Source: Alphaproteobacteria bacterium
Lineage (GTDB): Bacteria > Pseudomonadota > Alphaproteobacteria > Bin95
Assembly: GCA_965222315.1 (NCBI GenBank)
Contig: OZ244951.1
Location: 962,407-1,026,406, forward strand
Length of the DNA stretch: 64,000 bases
Reading direction: 5' to 3'
The translations under genes and the position numbers were made by a program. The notes beneath the pieces were generated by a model. That model did no database searches and was not told the origin of the DNA. It saw only the letters and a list, made by a program, of their open reading frames with translations. Positions 48,038 to 58,466 of the stretch are shown piece after piece; position 1 is the stretch's first letter; the number at the start of each line of letters is the position of its first letter.

Positions 48038-49390
48038 ATGCAGCGCTATACTTTCGCTCTCGTTGTCGTTTGCGTCTTCGCCATCTTTGCGGTTTTCCTG
48101 TTAAAACCTGACCCGGCCACCAAACTTGAAGCCGAGCTCGCTCGTATGGCGCCAGATGAAGCCCTTGCGCAGCTTGATGCGCTGAAGGGCGACATCGCCT
48201 TTACCGAAAACCTGCAGTTGATGCACGCTCGGTTGGCAGCTTCGGCAGGTAATTTTGAGACCGCTCAGACCGCCTACGGTCAAGTCATCGACATGGGTGG
48301 CCCGACTTCCCAGATGCTTGATGAGCTTGCGGAAGTCGCTGTGCTGGCTGGCGATCTTGGCAGGGCGGTCAATTATAAGGCGCAAGCTCAGGCGCTTAGC
48401 CCCAATGCCGAACGGCGGCAGACCTTGGGCTACTGGTACCGCTTGCTTGGCGATGATGTCAGAGAGACCGAGCTTCTTTCGGCAACCGTGCCGCGCCGCC
48501 TGACTACGTTTGAGCGAGAGCGTCTGGGCGAGCTTTATCTCGATGCTGGCAATGTTGATGCCTACCGCAAATTGCTTACGGCAATATCGGAGTCCAATGA
48601 TAATGACGCGCCTTTGGCGCGCCGGCAACTTCTCGAACTTAACATTGAGGCCGGTGAGCCGGATGTGGCGCTCCAGCAAGCGCTCGACTGGCTTACTGCC
48701 GCACCACACGATGGCGATGGACTTGAGGTAAGCTTGAAGACGTTCGTCGGACGTGGCGCACTCGATGCGGCGGTTGAGCTGGCAATACGCGCTAACGAGA
48801 TCAATGCGGAGTTGGGCGCCGTCACGGCAACGGTTTTCATTGGCACTGGCCATGGTGGCGTCGGCCGCCGCATGTTGGCGCTGTGGCTCGCCAGCGATCC
48901 CGCCCTCGATAACAAAGACTGGCAAGTACTCATTCGGATCATTGGCCAAACCGGCGACCTGAGCGCCCTCCGGCGGGCGCTTGCCCGCGGCGGAAGCAGG
49001 GGAGGGTCGAATGACGTGCGGGCACCGGCTGCTGCCTTTCTACAAATCTTGCGCTACCAAGGTGCTCGTGCTTTGTCACCCTATCAAAGTATGATGACGA
49101 GCAAAACATTCGAAGACGTGCCGCTGGTCGGAGCGGCGTGGTATGGGTGGCGCCGGCAACCGCAAGAGACTTACGCCTACCTGCTGTCCGCTGCAGCGGG
49201 GCCTCTAACTGACTGGGACCGCGCTATTTGGATGTTAGTTGCCAGTGACCTGCGCGGCACGCCGTTTTATCGGGAATTGTTGGCTGGTGCGCCGGACGAT
49301 GCTGGGTTGCGCGAACTCCTTCACCGCGGTATCCGCCCGCCCGTGCCTATTCCTTCCCGTGCAGGGCAATCGGCGCCCACAAGCGATTGA
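48038..49390 (+). CDS. TPR-repeat protein with an N-terminal membrane anchor (450 aa).
   Basis: Start at ATG 48038 (MQRYTFALVVVCVFAIFAVFLL). Helical repeat composition. Polysaccharide loci commonly include TPR scaffolds (PelB/PelE-like). Confidence 0.45.
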   Translation: MQRYTFALVVVCVFAIFAVFLLKPDPATKLEAELARMAPDEALAQLDALKGDIAFTENLQLMHARLAASAGNFETAQTAYGQVIDMGGPTSQMLDELAEVAVLAGDLGRAVNYKAQAQALSPNAERRQTLGYWYRLLGDDVRETELLSATVPRRLTTFERERLGELYLDAGNVDAYRKLLTAISESNDNDAPLARRQLLELNIEAGEPDVALQQALDWLTAAPHDGDGLEVSLKTFVGRGALDAAVELAIRANEINAELGAVTATVFIGTGHGGVGRRMLALWLASDPALDNKDWQVLIRIIGQTGDLSALRRALARGGSRGGSNDVRAPAAAFLQILRYQGARALSPYQSMMTSKTFEDVPLVGAAWYGWRRQPQETYAYLLSAAAGPLTDWDRAIWMLVASDLRGTPFYRELLAGAPDDAGLRELLHRGIRPPVPIPSRAGQSAPTSD

Positions 49391-50531
49391 AGCTGTGATC
49401 CTCGACAAGATAAGGATAGAAACCGGTGATTTGCGCCTCTTTCGCCAGAGTCTGACGCAGGTCGGTGAAATCCTCGGTGCCAGCGCGCGACACCACGTCC
49501 AGGGTCAAGACTTTTAGGCCGTAGTCGAGAAAATCACTCTTCACTACAACGCGGGTACTGGGGTTTGCCATTGGTGACAGGACGTTCTCGACCGTAACTG
49601 CGTCGATAGCATCGCGGTAACTGTCGAACACAGACTTAGTGCTATTATCCGTCAATGCCTCAGCCGCGTCGCGGCCGATAAAGACGCCATTGTTGGCAAA
49701 GACTAAGGCGTTACAGTTCCATTCCCGCACACGCTCGGCGATCGCGACCACCAGTTCCATCATCGCCCGGGCGAGGCCAGGCGCGTCCCGCGGCCCCTCT
49801 GGCCACCCTGAACGGGGCCAGCGCAAATTGGTGCCTTTTGCGTATGAGTAGTAGTGCAGCACGTCATCCAGAAACAGACCGTCAATACCCGACTCCATCA
49901 ACCGGTCGACCCGCGCCAATATCACGTCGCGCCAGGCTGGCATCCAATAGGCGGCCAGGTGGTCGCCGTGACCAGCGTGTGGTCCGTACCACTGAGGCAG
50001 CTCCACACTATCGTCCGGCACGCTCTGCATCACGAAGTCGATCCAGTAATCGCGATAGTTCTCAATCTCGCTGACGTTCAAATAGCCCAACACCGGACGC
50101 TCACCATCGCGCGAGATTATGGCGATTTCGTCGGAAGTGAAGAACACTTCTCTCCCCGATTCGCTATGCAGCGCACCTACCTTCGCTACCTCGATGATAA
50201 GGAGCCCATGTGGCTGCTCGGTCAGTCCCTCAGCGGTGTAGTCTTCGCCCCAGTATTGCACGCCGAAACCACCTGCCAGGGCTCGGGTAAGATGCATAAA
50301 GCGCCTGCGGCTGGCGCTTGGCTTGCATGGTATTCCTGAGGGCTCCAATTTGTTTGCAACTGCTACTCCGTCAACCGCTGCAACCTCGGGAGCAGGGGCT
50401 TCAGCCAGAACTCCTTGTGTCGCGGGTGCCTCCTGCGCACCGGCATCCTGAAGCAGCACCAGCGCGCCGGCACACATCGCAAGCATCCAAACCAACAGCC
50501 CCATCATTGTAGCCTGCGTCTCGATCGTCAT
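49347..50531 (-). CDS. GH114-family (TM1410/COG3868-like) polysaccharide hydrolase with a signal peptide (~395 aa).
   Basis: Start at the internal M (MTIETQATMMGLLVWMLAMCAGALVLL). A TIM-barrel GH114-like motif GIDGLFLDDV is seen. The family call is recall-based. Confidence 0.4.
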   Translation of the reverse strand: MTIETQATMMGLLVWMLAMCAGALVLLQDAGAQEAPATQGVLAEAPAPEVAAVDGVAVANKLEPSGIPCKPSASRRRFMHLTRALAGGFGVQYWGEDYTAEGLTEQPHGLLIIEVAKVGALHSESGREVFFTSDEIAIISRDGERPVLGYLNVSEIENYRDYWIDFVMQSVPDDSVELPQWYGPHAGHGDHLAAYWMPAWRDVILARVDRLMESGIDGLFLDDVLHYYSYAKGTNLRWPRSGWPEGPRDAPGLARAMMELVVAIAERVREWNCNALVFANNGVFIGRDAAEALTDNSTKSVFDSYRDAIDAVTVENVLSPMANPSTRVVVKSDFLDYGLKVLTLDVVSRAGTEDFTDLRQTLAKEAQITGFYPYLVEDHSFNRLWAPIALHGKE

Positions 50532-50761
50532 CTTACTCTCCTTTAGAAGACCGCTGCTGGTCCCAATCTGCAATTCCCGGCGAAACGGCATCCAAGGCCG
50601 CCGCTGGATGATAGAGCGTGGTGGGCTCGGGCACCGCGGCACCTATGAGGGTACCGCAACGTCCAACTGCGTTGCGAGGTTCACGACGGCGGTGAAAAGA
50701 ATGCAGGCGCGTCCGCGTCTTGCATATTGGCCTCTGTTTGCGTGGTTCGGTTGCTCGGTGG

Positions 50762-52588
50762 TCACTCGACGGTCACCGATTTTGCGAGGTTTCGGGGCTG
50801 GTCCACGTCGGTCCCGCGCGTAATGGCAGCGTGATAGGCAAGGAACTGGATCGCTACGGCGTAAGAGAAGGGCTCAATCAGCGCATCGGCATCGGGGAGC
50901 GCGACGCAGCGCCAGGCGGCATCCCCGAAATCACGGCAGGCGGTGGCGCTGCCGATGACCGCAACTCTGCCCTTGCGCGCGACCACCTCGCGCAGGTTCG
51001 ACAGTGTCTTGTCCATCAACTCGCCAGCCGGCACGAGGGCGATTACCGGCGTCGCCTCATCAACGAGCGCGATGGGTCCGTGCTTAATCTCGCCTGCTGC
51101 GTAGCCTTCGGCGTGAATGTAGGTGATCTCCTTCAGTTTGAGAGCACCTTCGAGCGCCAGCGGGAACATCATTCCCCGGCCGAGGAAGAGCACGCTGCTC
51201 GCGACCGAAATCTCCGCCGCGAGGTCAGCGAAGTGAGGTTCAAGCGCAATTGTTTCGGCCATCACCCGTGGCACGCTTGAAAGCGTCTTGATTGCCGCTT
51301 CTTCATCGTCTGCGTCTAGCATCCCGCGTCGGCGGGCCACCATCAATGTGAATGCCGCAAGACATATCATCTGGGCCGTGAAGGCCTTGGTCGAGGCGAC
51401 GCCGATCTCGGGTCCGGCATGGGTCGCCAGGACCACATCAGCCTCCCGGGCGATTGTTGACGTGGTGACGTTGACAAGCGCGAGTATCTTTTGGCCCGCA
51501 GCCTTGGCATAGCGCAGCGCCGCCAACGTATCAGCGGTTTCGCCGGATTGACTGATCACCATGGTCAAGTCGCCCGCAGAAAGTGGCGGCTCGCGGTAGC
51601 GGAACTCCGATGCGACCTCAATTTCGACCGGAAGCCGCGCTAGTTTCTCTATCCAAATTTTGGCCACGTGACCGGCCAGATAGGCCGTGCCGCAGGCGAC
51701 AATGGTGAGGCGGCTTACTGTAGACCAGTCAATCGCTTCGGCCGCCGATCTGACCTGGCTGCGATCGGCCGAGGTCCACGCGCCAAGCGCCCGCGCCGCG
51801 ACAGTCGGCTGTTCACTGATCTCCTTTGCCATGAAGTGGCGGTGTTCGCCCTTGTCAGCAAGGAGGCTTTCCAGCGGCACCGTCTGAACTGGCCGCTCGA
51901 CCAGGGACCCCGAGGCATCGTGGATACCCACCCCGCTCCGCGTCACGACTGCCCAGTCTCCGTCCTCCAGGTAGCATATCCGGTTGGTCATCGGCGCCAA
52001 TGCAATGGCATCCGAGCCGACGAAAACCTCGCTTTCTCCGAAGCCGATGACCAATGGCGAACCGCGCCGCGCGCAGATCAGCATGTCAGGTGCGTTCTCA
52101 AACAGGAAGCAGAGCGCATACGCGCCTTTAAGCCTTGCCAAGGTTTCCTTCGCTGCTTCTTCGTGGCCAAGACCGAGCCGGAGCAGTGCAGCGCAGAGCG
52201 TCGCGATGACCTCGCTATCAGTCTCGGACTCGAACGTAGCGCCTGCCGCAGCCAACTCCGATCTCAGTGTTTGGTAGTTCTCAATGATCCCATTGTGTAC
52301 CACGCACACCGGTCCTGAGCGGTGCGGATGGGCGTTCGACTCGGTCGGGCTGCCGTGGGTTGCCCATCGTGTATGACCGATGCCGCTGCTGCCAGGGAGT
52401 GGATTCTGGTCGAGTAGGTCAATCAAGGCTGCAAGTTTGCCCTGAGCACGCCGCCGATTAAGGTGGCCGCAATCGACAGCTCCCACACCGGCGCTATCAT
52501 AGCCGCGGTACTCAAGCCGCCGTAACGCATCAACCACGATCGGGATTGCCGGTCTTTCGTTGGCCAGGACGCCGATGATACCGCACAT
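50762..52588 (-). CDS. glmS: Glutamine--fructose-6-phosphate aminotransferase.
   Basis: N-terminal MCGIIGV (Cys2 nucleophile). Two SIS domains. C-terminal ..KSVTVE. Length 608 aa. Confidence 0.9.
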   Translation of the reverse strand: MCGIIGVLANERPAIPIVVDALRRLEYRGYDSAGVGAVDCGHLNRRRAQGKLAALIDLLDQNPLPGSSGIGHTRWATHGSPTESNAHPHRSGPVCVVHNGIIENYQTLRSELAAAGATFESETDSEVIATLCAALLRLGLGHEEAAKETLARLKGAYALCFLFENAPDMLICARRGSPLVIGFGESEVFVGSDAIALAPMTNRICYLEDGDWAVVTRSGVGIHDASGSLVERPVQTVPLESLLADKGEHRHFMAKEISEQPTVAARALGAWTSADRSQVRSAAEAIDWSTVSRLTIVACGTAYLAGHVAKIWIEKLARLPVEIEVASEFRYREPPLSAGDLTMVISQSGETADTLAALRYAKAAGQKILALVNVTTSTIAREADVVLATHAGPEIGVASTKAFTAQMICLAAFTLMVARRRGMLDADDEEAAIKTLSSVPRVMAETIALEPHFADLAAEISVASSVLFLGRGMMFPLALEGALKLKEITYIHAEGYAAGEIKHGPIALVDEATPVIALVPAGELMDKTLSNLREVVARKGRVAVIGSATACRDFGDAAWRCVALPDADALIEPFSYAVAIQFLAYHAAITRGTDVDQPRNLAKSVTVE

Positions 52589-52712
52589 GATCGCTGCTTC
52601 CCCTCCAGTATAGCTATCCCGGAAACCGCATCTGCGGGCTGCGGGCACCGAATATCTTGAAGGCCATTCCGGATTTCCCTTTCCTGCGACGCCTGATTAA
52701 ATCGGCAAGTGG

Positions 52713-55700
52713 CTAGGCAATCAGAAGCGGATCGACAACGAAGATGTAATTGACGTCAAGCTGAGCAGCGCTGATGCCGGAGAGCTGAACGCTTCCGCCC
52801 TGGTAGGTCAGAGTGGCTCCACCGGAACTGTCGAAAAAACCGTCCAAAACATCGGCGGCTAGGGCATAGCCTACGTCCTCGAACTCCAGGATGTCGGCGC
52901 CGACGACGAAATCGTCGATCGTATCGTCACCGTCGCCGCCTCGGAAGACAAAGGTATTCTGTCCGCCTTGACCGCTAAGAATGTCATTACCGCTGCCGCC
53001 CTCCAGCCGGTCATCTCCGAGACCGCCTTCCAGGGTGTCGTCGCCCAGCCCGCCAAGCAGCAGGTCGTTGCCCTCCTGGCCGCGAACCGTGTCGGCGTTG
53101 CTGCCGCCGATCAAGATGTCGTCCGTAGCGCCACCGTTCAGGGCGGTGGTAGCCGCCTCCATGTCGAGCGCAACGCTGTGTTGCCCGCCAGCGTTAAAGC
53201 TGAGCACCAGATCGCCATCGACCGCAAAGCGGGCGAAGTCAGCGCCGGTGACAGCGACCGTCTGGCTGCCTTGGGTTTGAAGTCCGATGTGTACGTCGCT
53301 CTGGCCGTCGAAGTCGAAATTCAGATCGGTGCCGTCGCCCGACAGCAAGATCAAATCGTTGCGCTGCCCCAGATCGTTAACATGAGTGACGTCGGCAGGC
53401 GTCGTGCCGAGCACGATCTCAAAGGTTCCGCCGGTCTGCGGCAGGAAAACGCTGGTATCATCGTAAGCGTACCATCCCGTGACGCTGTCGATTGTGCCCT
53501 CGCTGCTAACGTCCAGCGCAAAGCGCCCGGCGTCGGAAGACGTGACAGAGGCGGTGAGAATGTTCCCCGACCGCGACGTGGTAAGGCTCGATGTCCCAAA
53601 GCTCGCGATACGATCCGCCAGATCGGCTCCGGTGACAAATTCTGCGCCGTCTGTCGCGGCCTGCCCAATCAGTGCCTCGAACATCTGAAGCGTGTAGTTG
53701 GTGGGGTCGCCGATATCCCAATTCGTCGGGCCGTAATCGTGCCAGGGAAACGCAATGATCGGCGCGGTCGCATTGCTGGTGATCTCAGCGTACTCGTCCA
53801 GCCAAACCGCGGCCGCCTCCGCCGGTGTCAATCCCTGGAACCCGATCAGCGAAAAGTCGAAGCTCATGTTGGGGGCTAGGTATACCGCCCCTGTCTCACT
53901 CGGCGTCACAAAGCCGAAGGCGCCTGGATAGCCCGCGCCGGTGCCGGAGAAACCTCCCGAGAGATAGTCGTAAAAGCGGATTATCTCGCGTGTCGTGTCG
54001 ATATTCTCTGGCGCGCCAGGCACTGCTGCGCCTGCCACATTGATGCCGAGTTCATGCTCGATTATCAGTTTGGAGGTCTCGAACTGAAAGCGGTACGAGG
54101 AGAAGAGAAGATCCTGCTCCGCCTGTGTCAGCGTGGAGGGATCGACCGCGTTCGGATTGCGCGGGTCCACCAGGGCGACCAGCGCTAGAATTTCCGGCGT
54201 GTCGGGCAGGAGCTCGTTGGTATCATGTGGATGAGTGTAGGAGTGCGAGCCGATCTCGCTCTCCAATGCGAGGATCGCGTCGTAGTATGGCTTCGAGACA
54301 GTCCAGTCAGTGTACTGATCGGGCGGGTTCGCGCCGATGTCGATGTAGTATGAGCCGACAAAGCCCCAGGTGTCGTACCAGTTCTGGATGATTGGCAGCA
54401 TCGCGTCGTAAATGCTTGGGTCCTGCTCAATGACGTCCCACGACTCCTGCGCCTGATCCATATCGTTGCGCGAGTAGAACAGCGACGAACCGCGGGTTAT
54501 CAGCAGCGACACGTCCGGCGCGTTGTCTGTCGATACCCAGTCAATTGCCTCGCCAAGGATGTTGTTGTTGCCGATGATCGCGTCCGTGGCGAAGTGGACG
54601 TTGCGCGCCACGTTCTGGGTCGCAATCACCGCGTCAAGGGTCGCTGTCCCGCCGGTAGGGGTGGTTACAACTTGGTCGAACAGTACCTGACCAGCCCCGG
54701 TCGTGTCAGTGAAGTTTAAGTAGGAGAGGTTGTCGTAGGCGCCCACAAGCTGGCCGTTGGTATAGCCGTTGAGGATAGGGTGCCCCGCCCCCGTGGCGAC
54801 CAAGTCTACCCCATCGGTCTGCCCGAAACCCTCTAGCGTGACACCGAGAAGCGACGACATCCGCGCATACGAGTTTCCAGGAAGCGCCGCGCCGGTCTCG
54901 TCATTGGTCAGGAAATTGCCCGCAGCGATCAGGCCGACCCCGTAATTGCTCTGAGCGTCGGCAAGACTGGTTGCGATGGCGTCGACTTCAGCACTCTTGA
55001 CATGGCTGAACCCGGGAAAGACCAAAGCATCGTACTGGGCCAGGTTCGCCGGGTCGATGAGGTCTCCCTCGGTCAGCAGATCGAACGGGATGCCGGCCTG
55101 CATCGCCTGGTTCTGCATCGACATGAACAACTGGCCGTAGTTCGTTATGTTGTAATAGTTTGCCGCGGTGGTGTCGGAATAAACAATGCCGATCCTGAGT
55201 TGCGGGTCGTCGACCGGTCCGCCGGTCGGTGCCGGGTGGATCACCAGGTTTGCCCCGGCATACGAGTCGGGCATGAAGATGTGCTCGTTAACATCGGCCA
55301 GAACTCGAACTGAGGTGGGGGTGCCGGCCATCAGCCCTTGCGGCAGCGCCACCTCCAAGCCTGACCCATCCGCTGCGAGGCTGAAGTCGAGATCGGCGAC
55401 AAAGGTCGCACCGGCGCCGCCGGAATAAAGCTTGGCGACACCGTCCACACCGATGTTGATGTTGTACTCTGCGCCGCCGGCCCAGCCCCAGATCTGGTGG
55501 CCGGTAGCAGTGTCGCGGTCGGTGTCGATCCAAATCGTGGTGTTGGCGCCGATCGCCGCAAGCTCGCTCTCGATCGCCAAAACGAACACGTCGCCCAGTG
55601 TGGCGTCCTGCTCGATCGCGCCGTAGAGCCGATAACCCCCAGGTTGCTGCCCGGCGCCGGTCTCGAACAGAAGCTCTGAGCCGAGCCACTCTCCGGGATC

Positions 55701-56744
55701 AATCACCCCGTCGAGCGTCTTTCCGCCGGCTACGACTATTGGCACGGACCCTATGATAAAGTTGGCAAGCGCGTAATCGTTCGGCAGGTACACACTGTCG
55801 TTGACGTCGCTATAGATGCGAACCGCATTGGGCGATCCCATCAGCGAGCCGTCGATGGCGAGCTCGAGCGTGGCGCCGTCTGTGGACAGGGCGTAGTCGA
55901 TGTCGCCAATCAGCGTCTGGCCCGCCGCCCCGGAATAGAGCCGCGCTACGCCATCAGCCCCGAAGTTGACGTTGTACTCCGCGCCGCCGGACCATCCCCA
56001 AATCAGATGACCGCTCGCCCGGTCGAGATCGGAGTCGATCCAGATTGTGGTATTCGCGCCAATGGACAGGCCGTCGGTGGTGATCGCGACCGTGTAGACG
56101 CCGCCTTGCAGATCGCCGTAGATGGCATAGCCCGGCATGCCGGTTCCAGGCCCGTCGAGCCGCGCCGACGCTGCCCATTCGCCAATATCGCCGTCGAGCG
56201 TCTTCCCGCCGGCGACCACCGGCGGCACGTCGTCTATGATAAAGTTGGCAAGCGCGTAGTCATTCGGCAGGTAGACACTATCGTTGACATCGCTATAGAC
56301 GCGGATCGCGTTGGGCGATCCCATGAGCGAGGCGTCGATGGCTAGTTCGAGCGTGGCGCCGTCTGCGGAGAGCGCATAGTCGATATCTCCGACCAGAGTC
56401 TGGCCTGCCGCGCCGGAATAGAGCCGGGCCACGCCATCAGCTCCGAAATTGACGTTGTACTCCGCGCCGTTGGACAGGCCCCAGATCTGATAGCCGGTCG
56501 TTCGGTCTAAATCGGCATCGACCCAGATCGTGGTATTCGGGCCAATGGACAGGCCGTCGGTGGTGATCGCGACCGTGTAGACGCCGCCTTGCAGATCGCC
56601 GTAGATGGCATAGCCCGGCATGCCGGTTCCAGGCCCGTCGAGCCGCGTTGAGGCTGCCCATTCGCCAATATCGCCGTCGAGCGTCTTTCCACCGATGATG
56701 ATACTCATCTGACCGAACCTGTTCGGCATGAAGTGATCAGGCAA
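52713..56744 (-). CDS. Giant secreted multi-domain protein (1343 aa). It has three N-terminal ~161-aa tandem repeats, a central carbohydrate-active-like domain (HS-x-x-HP motif) and C-terminal RTX GGxGxD calcium-binding repeats; a probable T1SS substrate.
   Basis: Repeats GGKTLDGDIGEWAAS(T/A)RLDGPGTGMPGYAIYGDLQGGVYTVAITTDGLSIG.NTTIW.D.DLDR..G..IWG.S.GAEYNVNFGADGVARLYSGAAGQTL.GDIDYAL.(A/T)DGATLELAID.SLMGSPNA.R.YSDVNDSVYLPNDYALANFII occur three times. C-terminal LLGGLGDDTLEGGLGDDRLEGGSGNDILSGQGG. Confidence 0.65.
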   Translation of the reverse strand: MPDHFMPNRFGQMSIIIGGKTLDGDIGEWAASTRLDGPGTGMPGYAIYGDLQGGVYTVAITTDGLSIGPNTTIWVDADLDRTTGYQIWGLSNGAEYNVNFGADGVARLYSGAAGQTLVGDIDYALSADGATLELAIDASLMGSPNAIRVYSDVNDSVYLPNDYALANFIIDDVPPVVAGGKTLDGDIGEWAASARLDGPGTGMPGYAIYGDLQGGVYTVAITTDGLSIGANTTIWIDSDLDRASGHLIWGWSGGAEYNVNFGADGVARLYSGAAGQTLIGDIDYALSTDGATLELAIDGSLMGSPNAVRIYSDVNDSVYLPNDYALANFIIGSVPIVVAGGKTLDGVIDPGEWLGSELLFETGAGQQPGGYRLYGAIEQDATLGDVFVLAIESELAAIGANTTIWIDTDRDTATGHQIWGWAGGAEYNINIGVDGVAKLYSGGAGATFVADLDFSLAADGSGLEVALPQGLMAGTPTSVRVLADVNEHIFMPDSYAGANLVIHPAPTGGPVDDPQLRIGIVYSDTTAANYYNITNYGQLFMSMQNQAMQAGIPFDLLTEGDLIDPANLAQYDALVFPGFSHVKSAEVDAIATSLADAQSNYGVGLIAAGNFLTNDETGAALPGNSYARMSSLLGVTLEGFGQTDGVDLVATGAGHPILNGYTNGQLVGAYDNLSYLNFTDTTGAGQVLFDQVVTTPTGGTATLDAVIATQNVARNVHFATDAIIGNNNILGEAIDWVSTDNAPDVSLLITRGSSLFYSRNDMDQAQESWDVIEQDPSIYDAMLPIIQNWYDTWGFVGSYYIDIGANPPDQYTDWTVSKPYYDAILALESEIGSHSYTHPHDTNELLPDTPEILALVALVDPRNPNAVDPSTLTQAEQDLLFSSYRFQFETSKLIIEHELGINVAGAAVPGAPENIDTTREIIRFYDYLSGGFSGTGAGYPGAFGFVTPSETGAVYLAPNMSFDFSLIGFQGLTPAEAAAVWLDEYAEITSNATAPIIAFPWHDYGPTNWDIGDPTNYTLQMFEALIGQAATDGAEFVTGADLADRIASFGTSSLTTSRSGNILTASVTSSDAGRFALDVSSEGTIDSVTGWYAYDDTSVFLPQTGGTFEIVLGTTPADVTHVNDLGQRNDLILLSGDGTDLNFDFDGQSDVHIGLQTQGSQTVAVTGADFARFAVDGDLVLSFNAGGQHSVALDMEAATTALNGGATDDILIGGSNADTVRGQEGNDLLLGGLGDDTLEGGLGDDRLEGGSGNDILSGQGGQNTFVFRGGDGDDTIDDFVVGADILEFEDVGYALAADVLDGFFDSSGGATLTYQGGSVQLSGISAAQLDVNYIFVVDPLLIA
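55130..56680 (-). repeat. Three tandem ~483-nt coding repeats; the first two are nearly identical at the DNA level.
   Basis: The off-frame ORFs 55954-56178 and 56437-56661 encode near-identical peptides 483 nt apart. This matches the in-frame protein repeats. Confidence 0.75.
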
Positions 56745-57574
56745 CCCACTGATCTGTCGTTAAGCCGTCCGGCAGATATGCGCATGTTGGTTGACTTTCG
56801 CTTAAGCAGTGAGCGTCGCAGAGAGTCCCACTTATGCAGACAATTTCTCCCACCTCAGCTTGCCGCGCCAACTAACCTTGCGGCCAGCTAGCCCAAATAG
56901 CTGCCTGGCAATGCTAGCCGGCCTCTTCCTGGCACGCCGGAGTGAGCGAGGTTGATGTCATTGCAACGAAATGATCGGGCGGATGCCCCTTCACGTTGGC
57001 CATCTCGCGGCGCTGCGGTGGCGTTATTAACGGAGGAACCCACGTCAGACGTTCATGTCTCGAAGATTCATTTCCCCAGACGAAACTTCCCGGCTTGCGG
57101 AGAGGTTGCCCTGGTCGTTTGGACAAGTGGTCAACTTTAGCATGGGGGTTCAGGGTCGCATAAAACTTGTCCTCTGCATAATCCGGCGTGCGAACCGCAC
57201 CGGGTTTACCGGAGGCTGATTGACGTTAGTTGCGCGGCCATGGCTTCAGTTTCCAGAGTTGCGTAGTAGTTGGCTTCGGCTTCCGCGGGCGGGATGTTCC
57301 CGATGGGTTCAAGCAGACGACGGTTGTTGAACCAGTCGACCCATTCCAATGTGGCGTATTCGACGGCCTTAAAGCTGCCGCCAGATCTTCCGGACGCCGT
57401 AGATTGGCCCTTTATCTTCGAACACGCGACGGATCTCGGGGCGCAAAGCCTCATCCCGGCGGGCATGATCTGACAGCCGGCCCGGATCGGCCCGCTTGGC
57501 CAGATGATCAAAATAGGTAGACGGGTAGGAGTGTCATAGCTGGAATTGCCCCACTTTCGTGGACAGTTTTTGGG

Positions 57575-58465
57575 TCACTCAGTTTGTGTCAGGTCATCTT
57601 GCCTTCGTTCGTATTCGCTGGGCGATAGGTATCCAAGCGCCGAGTGGCGGCGGGTCGGATTGTAGAAGCCCTCGATGAAGTGGAAGACCGCCATCCTGGC
57701 TTCTGCATGCGACCGGAACCGCCGGCTATCCAGCAACTCGCACTCCAAGGTCGCGAAGAAGCTCTCGCACATGGCATTGTCATAGGCATCGCCGACCGAT
57801 CCGGTTGAAGGACGAACCCCAGCCTCCTTGCAACGGTTGCCAAAAGCCAACGACGTATATTGCGAGCCATTATCGGAGTGATGGATGACATCGCCGGGCT
57901 TGCGTACCGCGACCGCCATATCAAGGGCAGCCAGCACCAGCCGTGTCTTCAGGTTTGTTGAAAAGGCCCAGCCGACGATCCGGGGGACCAAGCATCTAAC
58001 ACGACAGCCAGATAGATGAAGCCCACCACGGTTGGGACGTAGGTGGTGTCGGCTACCTGTTAGCCGGTAGGCGATGCTAGCATCGCCGTAAGGCCGGAGT
58101 GCATTGGCACTTTTGGCAGCAAAGTTCCGGCGCACCAGGTCGTTTGCAGACTGGTGATCCGGATGCGGCCACGTCGTTGCCGGCGCATTCCGGCGGCGGC
58201 TGACGCCTGTCAGAGAGGCCTTCCGCATCAACCGGGCCACGCGCTTCTGGCCAACGGCCACACCTTCGGCATGCAGTTCTGCGCGGATGCGGGGCGCGCC
58301 ATAGGTGCCATGGGATCGCGCATGGATCGTGCGGATCTGCCGGGTCAGATTGGCATCCGCCGCAGCCCGAGCCGATGCTAGCCGTTTGCGCCACGCATAA
58401 TAGCCGGATCCAGAGACCTTCAGGACGCGTGCCATCGTGCGGATGGGATAAATGGCCTGGTGCAC
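57575..58465 (-). CDS. IS3-family transposase OrfB (integrase-core DDE). It is possibly inactivated; see the frame anomaly under findings.
   Basis: ..YPIRTMARVLKVSGSGYYAWRKR.. and DDE core motifs. Confidence 0.75.
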   Translation of the reverse strand: MHQAIYPIRTMARVLKVSGSGYYAWRKRLASARAAADANLTRQIRTIHARSHGTYGAPRIRAELHAEGVAVGQKRVARLMRKASLTGVSRRRNAPATTWPHPDHQSANDLVRRNFAAKSANALRPYGDASIAYRLTGSRHHLRPNRGGLHLSGCRVRCLVPRIVGWAFSTNLKTRLVLAALDMAVAVRKPGDVIHHSDNGSQYTSLAFGNRCKEAGVRPSTGSVGDAYDNAMCESFFATLECELLDSRRFRSHAEARMAVFHFIEGFYNPTRRHSALGYLSPSEYERRQDDLTQTE

Positions 58466-58466
58466 G

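Noticed and set aside
50690-50760. Possible intrinsic terminator downstream of glmS.
   Set aside because: The stem TGCAGGCGCG/GCGTCTTGCA is imperfect, with no T-run, so it is not convincing.
55130-56680. Tandem repeats considered as a CRISPR or non-coding array.
   Set aside because: The period is 483 nt, they are fully coding within one 1343-aa ORF, and there are no short direct repeats with spacers. No CRISPR array is present anywhere in the window.
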